Below, one piece after another: positions 28,570-41,879 of a stretch of DNA of 64,000 nt. How positions within the stretch are numbered: position 1 is the stretch's first letter; every line of letters begins with the position of its first letter. The stretch comes from Octopus vulgaris. Taxonomy: Eukaryota. The position numbers and the translations under genes are program-made. Below the pieces are notes generated by a model. It saw only the letters and a list, made by a program, of their open reading frames with translations, did no database searches and was not told where the DNA came from. The DNA is taken from assembly GCA_951406725.2 (NCBI GenBank), contig OX597828.1:35836001-35900000 (forward strand), read 5' to 3'.

Positions 28570-28790
28570 CCCTTTCGTTACCGTATTTATTTTGAGATGC
28601 TCTGTGTTTCTTTCAATTACTTTTAAATATAACAAAGAATTTAGTAAAATAACTTAGTTATCATTCAGCTAGTGTTAGGAACATAAACTGTGACTAAGGT
28701 TTGGTGGAAAATTTTAATTCAGAACTCATGAAAACAAGACATTTGTACTACAGACCAGAGGTGCTTTCAGCCGGGCTGGTAACGAAAGGC
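28570..28790. mobile_element. piggyBac-type MITE
   Basis: TIRs ccctttcgttacc / ggtaacgaaaggc, flanked by TCAA and TTAA. Confidence 0.75.
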
Positions 28791-29613
28791 TTAACACACA
28801 TATTATCATATATATATGTAACTATAAGTATTCCTATATTTTACACCTCTTTAAATTATACATAACCTCTCTTCACATGTCCATATACTTCTGAACAAAC
28901 TGTATGTCTTTTTTATTTATGTAATCCTATTTATTGCACAAATTCACCTTCTGTGATTTTACAGCATTAGAATTTTTACTTATATCTTATTTATTTCATT
29001 CAGTTCACTTTATATATTTTAAATGTAACTTTATTACTATAATATTTCATTATTCCAGAGACCACCTCTTAGCCACTACTGTTCTCAAGCGTATTCTGAT
29101 CCAATGTGGTAGCACCAATTAGGATCCCTGTTATGGCTTAATTGGTGTGTCACAGAATAACCCCCTGAAGAAGGCCACTCACACACAACCCAACAGAATC
29201 TGAGCAGATGGGATCCTTCAGCTCTTTAGCTACTCATCTAAGGGAAGTTAACCCTTTACGAATTCTATATCCCAATAAATATGGGGCTTGTGGGACTTGT
29301 GGCACCAAACTAACACAAAATTAAAAGACTGATTCTGCACAAACCGTGCCCATTATAATGATATTCCTCATGGGGGTTGTTCAGCAAACCAAGAAACCAG
29401 CACTGACACCATCACACTTTCTAAAAACACTGTGCACTTGTGTCTTTCTCAATCCTCATTCACCACAATGATGAGAGAGTGCACCACACCATATAGTTAT
29501 GAAATTAACTCCCTGAGTGATACACTGGTAAATTTATTACAATTCACTTATACACAAAACCTAACCTCTGTGACTAACATATATTATTTTCTCTTTTTAT
29601 TTCGGCACTTATT

Positions 29614-30140
29614 CATCATCATCATCATCATCATCATCTTTTAACATTTGCTTTCCATGCTGTCATGGGTTGGAAAGTTTGACTGAGGACTGGCAAGCCA
29701 GTAGGCTGTGCCAGGCTCCAATCTGATCTGGCAAGGTTTCTACAGCTAGATGCATTTCCTAACACCAATCACTCTGAAAGTATAGTGGGTGCTTTTTACA
29801 TGCCACTGGCACAGAAGCCAGTCAGGCAGTACTGGCATTGACCACACTCACAGGAGCCAGTCAGGCGGCACTGGCAACGACCACGCCTGAACGGTGCTTT
29901 ACACATGCCACCAGCACAGGAGCCAGTCCTGTGGGACTGGCTTTGACTAAGCTCGATTGGTGCTTTTTACATGCCAGTCAGGTGGTACTGGCATTGGTCA
30001 CAAACAACAATGATTCACTTGACTCAACAGGTCTTCTCAAGCACAGTATATTGCCCAATGATTGAAAGGTACCCTTAAATGGGTCAGTTATGAGACACTG
30101 GCACAAGCCACAGCTATGGTCTCACTTGGCTTGCCGGGTC
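29614..30140 (-). mobile_element. RTE 3' UTR-derived repeat; similar copies near 6118, 15988, 19150, 20200, 24690, 44330, 46100, 52440, 58225, 60100
   Basis: Shared motif gaagggcatccagctgtagaaac...aacccatgccagcatggaaa..ttaaa(tga)n. Confidence 0.7.
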
Positions 30141-30351
30141 TTACATACATTTAATTTACATATACTTATTCTACTAACATACATTCATATCATCTTAAAT
30201 ACCCATACATGCATTTATACTTAATCACCTAACAGTGTAACCTCATTATTTTTCTCATCATGTTTATCACTGATGACTATAAACCTTATTTATATTCATA
30301 CATCTCTCTATAATATATTCACAGGCATTTAAGAATATATACATGTATATC

Positions 30352-30394
<43 letters not shown>

Positions 30395-30395
<1 letters not shown>

Positions 30396-30650
30396 AAATA
30401 TTATTAGAGACAAAACCACTATTTTGCAAAACAAACAAGGAAAGACTTAATCAATACATAAAATTTTAATAAATTTTCACTATTTATTAAAATTTTATGT
30501 ATTGATTAAGTCTTTCCTTGTTTGTTTTGCAAAATAGTGGTTTTGTCTCTAATAATATTTTATAATATTTTACTATAAAATTGGATTTAATCCTAAATCT
30601 GATTTTTTCCCTGTAAATTTGGATTTATTCCCTAATATTTATTATTATAT
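30395..30650. mobile_element. Shorter foldback of the same family as 49870-50302, lacking the ribozyme
   Basis: Arms of about 80 bp (30395-30474 / 30482-30561) nearly identical to 49960-50040; tail 30562-30650 matches the reverse complement of 49875-49960; (TA)n flanks. Confidence 0.7.
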
Positions 30651-30665
30651 ATATATATACATATA

Positions 30666-31079
30666 GGCGCAGGAGTGGCTGTGTGGTAAGTAGCTTGTCT
30701 ACCAACCACATGGTTGCGGGTTCAGTCCCACTGCGTGGCACCTTGGGCAAGTGTCTTCTACTATAGCCTCGGGCCGACCAAAGCCTTGTGAGTGGATTTG
30801 GTAGATGGAAACTGAAAGAAGCCCATCGTATATATGTATATATATATGTATGCGAGTGTGTATTTGTGTGTCTGTGTTTGTCCCCTAGCATTGCTTGACA
30901 ACCGATGCTGGTGTGCTTATGTCCCCGTTACTTAGCGGTTTGGCAAAAGAGACCGATAGAATAAGTACTAGGCTTACAAAAGAATAAGTCCCGGGGTCGA
31001 GTTGCTCGACTAAAGGCGGTGCTCCAGCATGGCCGCAGTCAAATGACTAAAACAAGTAAAAGAATAAAGAATAAAGAAT
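30666..31079 (+). mobile_element. SINE family A, well preserved
   Basis: Full-length match with CpGs retained. Confidence 0.88.
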
Positions 31080-31979
31080 ATGTGTGTGTGTTTGTGTGTG
31101 TGTCCATGTGTCTTTTTGATTAAAAGCATGTAAAGAATCATTATACAATACAATTCCCTTCTAATTCATTCCCATGTCACACACACACTATTTCCGATTC
31201 ATCACAAAAGTAAATCTTTTTTTTTTTTAACTCGACCATTTAAATCAATGCAGTTTGTAATGTTAATACCACATTTCTTTCTGTAAAAGACAACAAATTA
31301 ATTGAATGCTTTCCTCATGAGATGAATTTCAACAAAACTTCAAAAAAGTTTGCTCTTCTAATGTTTTAAATAACAACCTGCTAGATTTTTATTCTATGAA
31401 TTCCACGATTTCAGAAACTATTCATTTTAGCAACTGGTCCTGCATGGCATCATTGCCATCATAATCATCATCATCATCATCATTGTTTTAACTTATTTAA
31501 TTCTATACTAACATGGGTTAGATAGAATTTGGTGAGCCAGATTTTCTATGGTTGGATGCCCTTCCTGTCACCAACCCTTACCTGTTTCCAAATAAGTTAA
31601 TATTTCCCCCATGGCTGGATAAGTTTTCCAAGGAGACAAGAAAGAAGGACACCACTAGTAAAAACAAAAAAAAAGCAAACACAAATACCCCCCACCCACA
31701 CACACACACAAGCACACATACTCATACACAGACCCTAGGGATCTGTTGCCCTGCGGATGTAAATATCTGATGGGATAGGCACAGGAATGGCTGTACGGTA
31801 AGAAGCTCACTTCTCAACTGCATGGTTCTAAGTTCAGTCCCACAGCATGGTACCTTGAGCAAGGGTCTTCTATTATAGTCTCAAGCTGATCAAAGCCTCA
31901 TGAGTGGGTTTGGTAGACATAAACTGAAAGAAGCCCATCGTGTGTGTGTGAGTATGTGTGTGTGTGAATAAGTCACTAA

Positions 31980-32404
31980 CTGAAATAAGTGGATCTATTG
32001 TTTAAGAAAATACTATTTATTTGTTTAAGGGTTGTACTGGATAAATTGCGGAAATAACTCAAATCCTTCAATACTAAGAAATAAGCATACTCAATTTCAT
32101 TTTTACCAAATAATTTAGGAAAATGAATGGGTTATTTCCCTTTGTTACATATAAGGATCCCTTCTAGGGGCAAAAGGGCTATTTCCCTTGGTTTTTAAAA
32201 TAAAATTTATTAGATGTATATGAGGATCCCTTCAAGGGGTCATATTATCGATTTTTTTCAACAATCTGAGTATGCCATGAGGTTTCCAGATGAGTTCTAC
32301 TCACATGTCAAGTTTCATCAAAATCGATAAAATGATGTAGGGGGAGTTATCTAACAACTCTACAAACACAATCACAGACAGAATTTCCCACATATGTAGT
32401 AGAT
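31980..32404 (-). mobile_element. Possible non-autonomous Helitron-like fragment; a similar-looking segment lies at 16670-16870
   Basis: Minus strand starts aTCtactacatat...tctgtctgtg...cgattttgatgaaacttg, a pattern seen at Helitron 5' ends; no 3' hairpin/CTAG identified. Confidence 0.3.
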
Positions 32405-32444
32405 ATATACATACACATATACATACATATATTCATACATATAT

Positions 32445-32511
<67 letters not shown>

Positions 32512-32918
32512 TATACATAAATACACACATATATACACACAAAAAAAACATACACATACATGTGTCTATAAGTATGTAGAATACAAGCAATTTACACCAA
32601 AGTAGAACGATTTGTGACTGTCTATAGCACACAAGCTACAACAGATATTCAAATAATTTTGAAGACTTGTTGGGTAAATAGAGAAGATGTTTGTAAAAGA
32701 CAGGCATCATAATTCACTTTAAAAAAGAATCTGGGGAAACATTAACAAGCTATAAGAGTGCCAATAACATTACTATTGTTTATAAACAGACAGAAGTGAC
32801 CTAAACATGAGAAAAGGAAAGGCATTTGAACCACAAAACCATACTTTAATATTTTGCAGTTGTGTTTTTGATTTAGCAATAACAATAAAATATAAAGTGA
32901 AAGAAACTAATCACTTAC

Positions 32919-33707
32919 TTGGTAATAATGGTTTGTATCTCCGTAACTTGGTACCAAACTGATGCCTAAATGGTCTCCAATTTCTCGGTACAAACTGATT
33001 TCCAGCAGTTTATAATTGTCAGGTATTTTTTTACCTTCGTTAGTGAATAATTTGGGAGCAGGGCTCAGTATACTCTCGCGATTATTGTCGATCAAATTCA
33101 AATAAAAGGAACAGCGAGGACCTGCTGTCCAAGGCATTGGATTGCGACGAGAAATGAAGGACACCTCCGAAGGCAAATTTGTAAGTAATTTAATGCATTC
33201 ACTTCGAGTCATTTTCTCAAAGTATGTGCCATTAATGGCAAGAATCTCATCCCCCAGTGTAAAGCTCTGTGATTCCAAAACCACTCGGTGCACAGCTCCA
33301 TTTGGTACAATTTTCTTCATATAAACTTCTCTTTTCTCTCCTTCCTCGAATTCGATTCTTTCATTCATGCCAAGAATTATCCCAAGACTCTCATTCGGAA
33401 GACAGGAGACTACTGTGTAGACATCGACGGCTTCATTTAGAATTAACGAAGAATCACTTGCTAATTTTTCATTTGTAAAACTCGACTTATTCTCATCCTC
33501 TTCAGTGCTTGACATTAAATATTCCAAATTTGTTGAGAGTTTCAAAGGGTCTGCAAATGACAAGGGGGCTGAATTCATGTCTGGGGGTTTGTTGTGATTT
33601 ATTTCAGCTGTGCCATGATCAACAATATAATCGTGTCTGCTTTCATTCTCAACATCTTGCAAACCATGACTGTCGGTAGGCACTGGTGAAGCTGATGAAA
33701 GTTCCAT
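32919..33707 (-). CDS. First coding exon of a multi-PDZ-domain protein (one full PDZ plus the start of a second); gene continues toward lower coordinates
   Basis: 263 non-repetitive codons from ATG 33707, with an in-frame stop upstream at 33744-33746. PDZ motifs ESLGIILG...VYMKKIVPNGAV...LGDEILAING...IKLL, then second PDZ start LEISLYREIGDHLGISLV. Ends at a phase-0 donor CAA|gtaagt (32919/32918). Confidence 0.9.
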
Positions 33708-33860
33708 GGTTACCAAACTCAGCTTCCTTCCGTTTGATCTGGTTCAAACCATGAGGTTGGCATGTGACGTGTGAAGCTGGTTATGCAAGTTAGGTGGAAG
33801 CTACAGCAGCCTATTGGAGAGAATAAGAGAGGGTTGTTAGATGGAGAGAATAAAAGGAAA
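33708..33860 (-). promoter_or_regulatory. 3' splice acceptor (AG at 33812-33811) with polypyrimidine tract and branch point, followed by 5' UTR part of the exon (33810-33708)
   Basis: Minus strand reads ccttttattctctccatCTAACaaccctctcttattctctccaatAG|gctgctg. Confidence 0.75.
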
Positions 33861-34027
33861 AGGAGATTTAGAGAGGGGAAAGAGAGGAGACTGAAAACAG
33901 AGATTTAGAAAGACAGAGAATGTGGGAGGGGGCAGGAGCTGATCGAAAACAATCTAGAAAATCATTTCCCTGTATGAATGTGTGTGTAAGTGTTTATGTA
34001 TATGTGTATGTATGAACGGCTGTGTGT

Positions 34028-34058
<31 letters not shown>

Positions 34059-34153
34059 GTGGCAGACTGGCCAGCTCGCTAGCTTGCCTGAAGGCAAGTG
34101 GTCTACATGGTTGCAGTCCAATGACTAAAACAAGTACAGGAGAAAGATACATA

Positions 34154-34191
<38 letters not shown>

Positions 34192-34226
34192 CACACACAC
34201 ACATATATATACACACACACAAACAC

Positions 34227-34257
<31 letters not shown>

Positions 34258-34300
34258 TACATACACACACACACACATATTATACAAATATATGTATATA

Positions 34301-34471
34301 GGCACAGGTGTGGGTGTGTGGTAAGAAGCTTGCTTCCCAACCACATGGTTCTGGGTTCAGTCCCACTGCATGGCACCTTGGGTAAGTGTTTTCTACTGAA
34401 GCCTCAGGTCGAACAAAGCCTCGTGCGTGGATTTGGCAGATGGAAACTGAAAGAAGCCCGTCGTGTATGTG

Positions 34472-34515
<44 letters not shown>

Positions 34516-34735
34516 TGTCTGTCTGTCTGCCTGTCTGTCTGTGTCTGTGTTTTCCCCTACCATCGCCTGACAACTGATGTTGGTGTGTTTACGGCCCTGT
34601 AACTTAACAGTTTGGCAAAAGAGACCAATAGAATAAGTACTAAGCTTATAAAGAATAAATCCTGGGATCAATTTATTCAGCTAACAGCAGTGCTCCAGCA
34701 TGACTGCAGTCAAATGATTGAAACAAATAAAAGAA
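34301..34735 (+). mobile_element. SINE family A
   Basis: Full-length match to family A. Confidence 0.85.
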
Positions 34736-34845
34736 TATCATCCTCCTCATCATCCTCATCAACATTTAGCAGCTGCTTTCCACAGAGGCATGGGTTCGAT
34801 GGCTTGACAGGAACTGCAAAGCCAGAGAGCTGTACCAGGCTCCAG

Positions 34846-34887
<42 letters not shown>

Positions 34888-35025
34888 AGAATTCACAGAA
34901 AAACAAAAGACGAAGACAGGTGTAGTAGAAGACACTTGCCCAAGATGCCATGCAGTGGGGCTGAACCCAGAACTATGTGGTTGGGAAGCAAGCTTCTTAC
35001 CACCACACAGCCACTCCTGTATATG

Positions 35026-35063
<38 letters not shown>

Positions 35064-36568
35064 TGCACATATATATATAAAACTAAACAACTCCATCAGT
35101 CATGAATGACCATGGGTGCACCTAAGGGGTTCCCCTCTAGGTTACAAGTTTGGGCAGAAAGTCACCTCACCAGTGAACACACAATCTAGGGTTGTTTTTA
35201 GTTTTTATGGAAGACCATCAGTTGCCCATGCATACCACCCTCCCCTCTCCACGCCACCAGTGGTTATCCAAGAGAAAGGCAAAGGTCGATACAGCTTGGC
35301 ACCAGAGACATCGCAACTCATTTCTACAGCTGAGTGAACGGGAGCAACATGAAATAAGTGTCTTGCTCAAGAACACAACACATAGCTCAGTCTGGGAATC
35401 AAACTCCCAACATCATGATTCATTTTCCATATACCAAATCCGCTCAGAGGGTTTTGGTCAGCCAGGGATCATAACAGAAGGCACTTGCCTTATAGTGGGG
35501 CTGAACCCAAAACCATCTGTGTAGGAAGCAAACTTCAGAGAAAATAAACTACCCTGAGTATAGTTGAAGGTGTAAACATCTAAAGTTAACATATATTTTT
35601 TCCCATGTCCATTTGAACAGTAATGAAAATTAACAATGGTGAAGTGTAACTGATAGGCATTTCTGAAGGTAAAATCAACATGACAATCTGATCGGGATTA
35701 AATTCACTATAAAGTTTCTTAGGCAGTCACTCAAGAACAGAAGCCAAAGAAGAGATAGACAGTAGAGAATGTTAATGGGCGGGACTGTCGCTGTAGTGAA
35801 TTGGTGTGTGAAAGCTTCTCTATCAATTTATGAATTAACTTCTACAATTTTAATGTTAACGATGGAGTTTGAGTCTATTGATCACTTGCCACATTGCAAA
35901 TTATATTACAGAACACCTGCCATTCTATTGTCTAAAATTAGATATTATAGTACACCAACATGACAGAAATTAGGGTATGTTATTTATGGAGATGGCTTAG
36001 CAGGTGTTCTTTGATATAATTAGAAATGTTGTTGACTGGCAAGAAATAGATGGTTGGTTCTAGTCCTACCAATGTACCTTTTGCTTCATCTCTGCTTCAT
36101 TTTGATGTTTATAATGTTTAATATTAAAATGAGTGTCTATGTATCATATTTAATGTATACATCCGGTTTATAAGCCAGTTACTGCAGTATTTGTCCCGGG
36201 ATAACATCTCTTATGAGTATGCAGTATTAAAAATACAATATCAAAGGGAGATGACTGGTCACCCCCTACCCCTGCAGTAACCAGCAAGAATGCCAGATGT
36301 ATTTTAGACATTTTAGACCTTTTCAAAGATGTTTATTCACAAACAAACCATATGATCGGATAAGATTTTTTTCTGGTCTGAAACAAGTGAATAAAGCATT
36401 CACTGATCTTGTAAGAAGCTGCCCAGCTGAATAAAAATATAGTATATGCAACTGAAGCAGTATTTAATTAAAATAGCCATCAGTGTACCATACGTGTATA
36501 CACACAGTCAATAGGTCAGTTACTGAAGTTTTTGTCCTGAGATAACATCTCATTGCTGTGTTAAAAAC

Positions 36569-36607
<39 letters not shown>

Positions 36608-37005
36608 TATTCAAAGAAATTTCAGCTCTGTCTGGTTTTTATGTTTTATTTATATTCTTTATAATATTAATGTAGAATATAGAATATATAGTATAAATAA
36701 TATATATAGTAAAATGAAATGAAGTATTGATTGTCTTATTGAATATAAAATATTAAGGGACTAGTATACTTTCTTGCATTAAAGCAGGCTTCAATGTCCC
36801 AGGTTGTGACAGGAGTGTTTCAACTGATATATATATATATACATATATATATCAGAAAGATATGATAATTCCTCCCAACATTGGCCACTGAGAACACTAA
36901 ATGCATTTCAGCTGTTCACAATACCAGTGAACATTTTCATACACTATATATCAGAGATGATGATTTCATGTCCAGGTGTGTGGTTGGCTGCAAGTATACA
37001 TCTAT

Positions 37006-37048
37006 ACATCACTGATGACACACAAAAAGGCTGAAATGCATGTGATGT
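37006..37048 (+). ncRNA. Decayed minimal hammerhead motif
   Basis: acatca-CTGATGA-(unpaired stem II)-GAAA-tgca-TG-tgatgt; stem I is a perfect 6 bp; degraded inverted partner at about 36882-36932. Confidence 0.55.
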
Positions 37049-37359
37049 TCTCACAGGCCACTGCTGGGGAGATTTTTCATCTCCCTCAATAATACTTGTG
37101 ATTTTAACATGGCAAGTCCACAAGAGTTGTTATCTACGGATGGATACTGTAGTAATTGGCCTATCAATGGTGTGTATGTATTGGGTGGTCTAAAGTTAGC
37201 TTTCCAACCACACAGTTTCATGTTTAGTCCCACTGTGTGGCATCTAGGGTAAGTGTCTTCTACTATAGCCTCAGCTGACCATAGCCATGTAAGGTGATTT
37301 GATAGACAGAAAGTGAAAGGAACCTGCTATGCATGATCAAGGTATTATCTCACTTGTTT

Positions 37360-37450
37360 AAAATTTTATCTGAGGATGGCAGATTATATACTATGATGTA
37401 ATCTATGAATGCATCAACAAAATTTTATCGAAACAGCTGTCGTAAATTTT
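37360..37450 (+). ncRNA. Decayed hammerhead motif (cagctg stem-III family)
   Basis: tttat-CTGAGGA...atc-GAAA-cagctg-TC-gtaaa. Confidence 0.5.
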
Positions 37451-37640
37451 AAACCCCATTTTTGTCTTTTTTACACACACATATATATATTAATCAAAGA
37501 GTACAGTATCATATATCCCTTATGGCTGATTTTACCAATTGGTTTAACAATAGGGATTCAACAGGGTGTTAGATAACAGAGATGGCAGTTATGGAAGTAA
37601 AAATGGCAACAGCAGGTGATATTTTGACTTCCATAACTGC

Positions 37641-37725
37641 GATCTCTGAAGAGTGCAGGATTACATAATCAGGTTATTATCAAACAACCTGTTGAACCTT
37701 TAGTGCAAAACCAATTGTTAAGATC
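37641..37725 (+). ncRNA. Decayed hammerhead motif (ccRatYgg stem-III family)
   Basis: gatct-CTGAAGA-gtgc...gtgc-AAAA-ccaattgt-TA-agatc; GAAA reads AAAA at a former CpG. Confidence 0.6.
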
Positions 37726-38476
37726 AGCTGTAATGGATATACAACAATGCATACTTTCATTAATATACACATTCTACTGACAAATATACAAGTTCATATT
37801 TTTTCTAACTTATGGATTCTTAAACAACTACAAATATGTTGATGTCATAAGAATCTACAATCTTTGAGAAGATAAAGCAATTCTTTTTATGAACAGTGTA
37901 TCTGGAAGCAAATAAAGCTATATATCTATATATAATAGCATTTAAATATTAAATTAAAACATTTTGGAGAGAAAATGTTGATGTCTGTCTGTCTGTGATA
38001 TACACATGCATATATATGTATGCATGTATATACGTATGTATGTATATAAAGAGGACAGTCAGGGTCTCTAGATTTTAGGGTGTGTTTGATATTTTAAATC
38101 TTTTTGAACCTTACAATAATAACGCTTAAGCAAAATATTGAAATACAACAACAAAAGCAACAAATAAAGAAATATGTAAAAGACATGATGATCATGTCGC
38201 AAAATTGTGGCAGTTTGTTGTCAGTCAACCCAGCTGTCAGGGTCTATCCATCTGTTTGTTTCTATGTCGTACTTGTCTATCATTTTTGACTGCCCATCTT
38301 TACATCTCTGTTTTCTTTCTTTATGTTCAAAGTGCCACACACTCACATAAACACGTGCATTTACACACGCTTACATACATACATACACACACACACACAC
38401 ATGCACACACACAAATCTCTTATACAAAGTACTTGTAACAATCATTGAACTGTGGCCAAATTGAGACATCAACACG

Positions 38477-38536
<60 letters not shown>

Positions 38537-38768
38537 TATAGATATATATATATATACATATATATATATCTATATATGAGTGTGTGTGTGTGTATATATA
38601 TATACATATATATATACACATATATATACATATATATATATACATATATATGTGTATATATATATATGTGTGTGTATATATATATATAATAAATACAAAC
38701 ATATATATATTCATATATATATATATATATATCATCATCATCATCATCATCTCATCATCATGATCATT

Positions 38769-38808
<40 letters not shown>

Positions 38809-38811
<3 letters not shown>

Positions 38812-39025
38812 TTTTACTCTTTTACTTGTTTCAGTCTATTGACTGTGGTCATGCTGGAGCACCGCCTTTAGTCAAGCAAATCGACCCTAGGACTTATTCT
38901 TTGTAAGCCTAGTACTTATTCTACCGGTCTCTTTTGCCGAACCTCTAAGTTACAGGGACATAAACACACCAGCATCAGTTGTGAAACGATGTTGGGGGGA
39001 CTAACACAGACACACAAACATATAT

Positions 39026-39081
<56 letters not shown>

Positions 39082-39203
39082 CGGTTTTCTTTCAGTTTCC
39101 ATCTACCAAATCCACTCACAAGGCTTTGGTCGGCCCAAAGCATTAGTAGAAGTTATTTGCCCAAGGTACCATGCAGTGGGACTGAACCCAGAACCATGTG
39201 GCT
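38809..39203 (-). mobile_element. SINE family A
   Basis: Reverse-complement match to family A. Confidence 0.85.
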
Positions 39204-39207
39204 CATA

Positions 39208-39244
<37 letters not shown>

Positions 39245-39597
39245 CTTCAAAACCTCTCAAATTACATTCTATCATTTAGCAAGAAAAAAATGTAACAGAG
39301 AAGACACAACAGATAATGGAGTCGAAGAAGATTCGCTATCTTTGAATGTAAACAAAAGACTGGAACACTTTTGATCATAACTAACCCCTAGGGCATCACA
39401 ACAACAACAGTAGCCATCATGTTGCTATAGAAACAAGATCACCTTGCACTCCCCCCACCCCCCCCCCGCAAGAAAACACTTACCCCCTTGGACCCAGGTA
39501 ACTCCTCCACTTGCATCCCCCACCCCACAGTAAAACAATCAGTAGTTAGGGAGATTTTAGGGTCATGTATTTTATATTTGTGTCAAATGTCAACTAG

Positions 39598-39640
<43 letters not shown>

Positions 39641-40033
39641 TTCAACACTACATATATTTATATATGCACATACACACATTCATACACACACTATGACACA
39701 CACAGATATAGACACACTCACGCATACTCAGACACATTTATAGATGCATGCATACTTGTATGTATGAATGTGAGTATATGCATACATACACACGTATACA
39801 CACCATTCACACACACATAGATTATACACTATATACATCCATTCTGCACACTTGTAAGTGGGATAGGTACACGTAGGCACATTCATTCTCACACTGCTAT
39901 CTATTTATTCGTCTGTCTATCTATCGGTCTATCTACCAATGTATCAATTTGTCTATCTATCTGTTTCTCTGTCTGTCTGTCTGTCTCTTTCTCTCTCTGT
40001 CCCCCTCTCTCTCTCCCTCTCTCCTGTCTCTCC

Positions 40034-40065
<32 letters not shown>

Positions 40066-40176
40066 TATATTTATACACATACACACACACACAAACACAC
40101 AACAGGCTGTATACATACATCACATAACACATACATATATTCATATGCTAACACATATATGCACACAAACATGAAC

Positions 40177-40208
<32 letters not shown>

Positions 40209-40259
40209 GCATGAACAGCATACACACACACTCTACCTCTCCCTCTCCCTCTCTCCCTT

Positions 40260-40291
<32 letters not shown>

Positions 40292-41135
40292 TCACACACA
40301 CAAGTGCATGTATATACACAAGGCCTCCTGCAGGCCTTCATAGATACAAACACTTACTCTTTTGAGAACACTCACACTTAGAAGAAAAATTCTGTAGGAA
40401 CAAGATTACTTTCGCAGGGAGACAGGGGTCGGGGCTTAACCCCTCTAAAATTTATGCTGTAATGTTTGCTTGCTTTTTTCCTTTCACTTTGGGAGAAGGT
40501 GCTTGTCATATACTTATAAGCCTTTACTTAACTGACTCCAAGGGTCCCTTGACTAATGTACCAGATGAACCCACTGCCCCTTCCACTCTTATAGGCCCTG
40601 ACCCTAAGATAAGAGTTACTCAATAGAGCAGTACGATGACTGACATAATATAGGTCCTGGGGTGGGAATAATCTGTCGAAATTTTATGTGTGTTGTGTGC
40701 GTTGTGGGAGTAAACTGGTAGATAACACCAGGATGAGGCAGAAAAGAAGTTCTCAGTTAGAAGCTATCACAAGCATAAATCCTTCTGTTCTTCTTTTTAT
40801 CAGTACCAGCAATATATTGAGGTGCATGGCTCTCTGGTTAGAATGTCGGATTCACAATCATGAAGTAATGAGTTCGATTCCTGAAAGGGGCTGTGTGTTG
40901 TGTTCTTCAGCAAGACACTTTATTTCATCTTGCTCCAGTTCACTCAGTTGTAGAAGTGAATCGTGATGTATCGGTCTTTACCTTTCTCTTGGACAACATT
41001 GGTGGCATGGAGAGGGGAGGTTGGTCTTCCACAAAACAACCTTGCCCGGACTTCTACCTCCGGGAGTAACTATCTAGGTACAATTCCATGGTCATTTATG
41101 ACTGAAGGGGGGGGGGTTGTTTACTCTTTTATGAG

Positions 41136-41183
<48 letters not shown>

Positions 41184-41383
41184 AGTGTGTGAGTGTGTGT
41201 GTGTATGCTTGAAATACAAAACTAGGAAAACAGCCAACAACTGATGGAGGGTCGTTCTTTGTGTTGTTTGTCTTGTTTTCCAATTGTGTCTTTCATTGTT
41301 TGAAAAAAATAGTTCATATTCCATGTACTCATACTTCATATTTTTTGTTGTACACGTTTCATGACGTCCTGTGCCCACATATG

Positions 41384-41444
<61 letters not shown>

Positions 41445-41791
41445 TCTCCAAAAAAACCGAACTTATCTGCGATTCTTGTTAATTTCAATAACAATCTGTT
41501 CCTCTACACGACATGACAGTCACTATGTTTTTACTCAGACTTTCCTCTACATGATGTGGCAGTCACTTTGCCTCTAACTCGGATTTTCAGAAATTTTGCA
41601 TGACTGTATCCGAAAATCTCTTCATACAACTTGATCAAATATTCAATATGAGCTATATGTAGACATGCATAAATTCTATAGGTTTAAAACCTTTCATCAG
41701 ATCTCCATGAATCGAGCTTTCTTCAATGCAGTTAATCCTACAACCTCTTTTATATCTACCCCTTTTGATGTTTGGGAATTCTCTGATATTT

Positions 41792-41879
41792 TTTCGGCTG
41801 ACGAGTACGAGCCATCTGTATTCACTGCATTTTTTGTAGCTTATTAAAGATGTCCTCGTACGAAACGATCGTACCGAGA
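41792..41879 (+). ncRNA. Type-I hammerhead ribozyme motif, intact core, extended stem II
   Basis: Stem I tttcgg/ccgaga; CTGACGA 41798-41804; stem II gtacgag/ctcgtac, extended by catct/agatg; GAAA 41862-41865; palindromic stem III cgatcg; GUA triplet ending 41873. Confidence 0.85.

Larger units (their letters stand above)
27402..29313. mobile_element. Decayed Penelope-like element with inverted termini of about 107 bp
   Basis: 27402-27509 is a diverged reverse complement of 29206-29313; the interval encloses a GIY-YIG remnant and a hammerhead-like motif. Confidence 0.55.

Noticed and set aside
36177-36575. Diverged direct repeat of about 60 bp (36177 and 36517) as LTRs
   Set aside because: Too short, with no TG..CA ends, primer-binding site or TSD.
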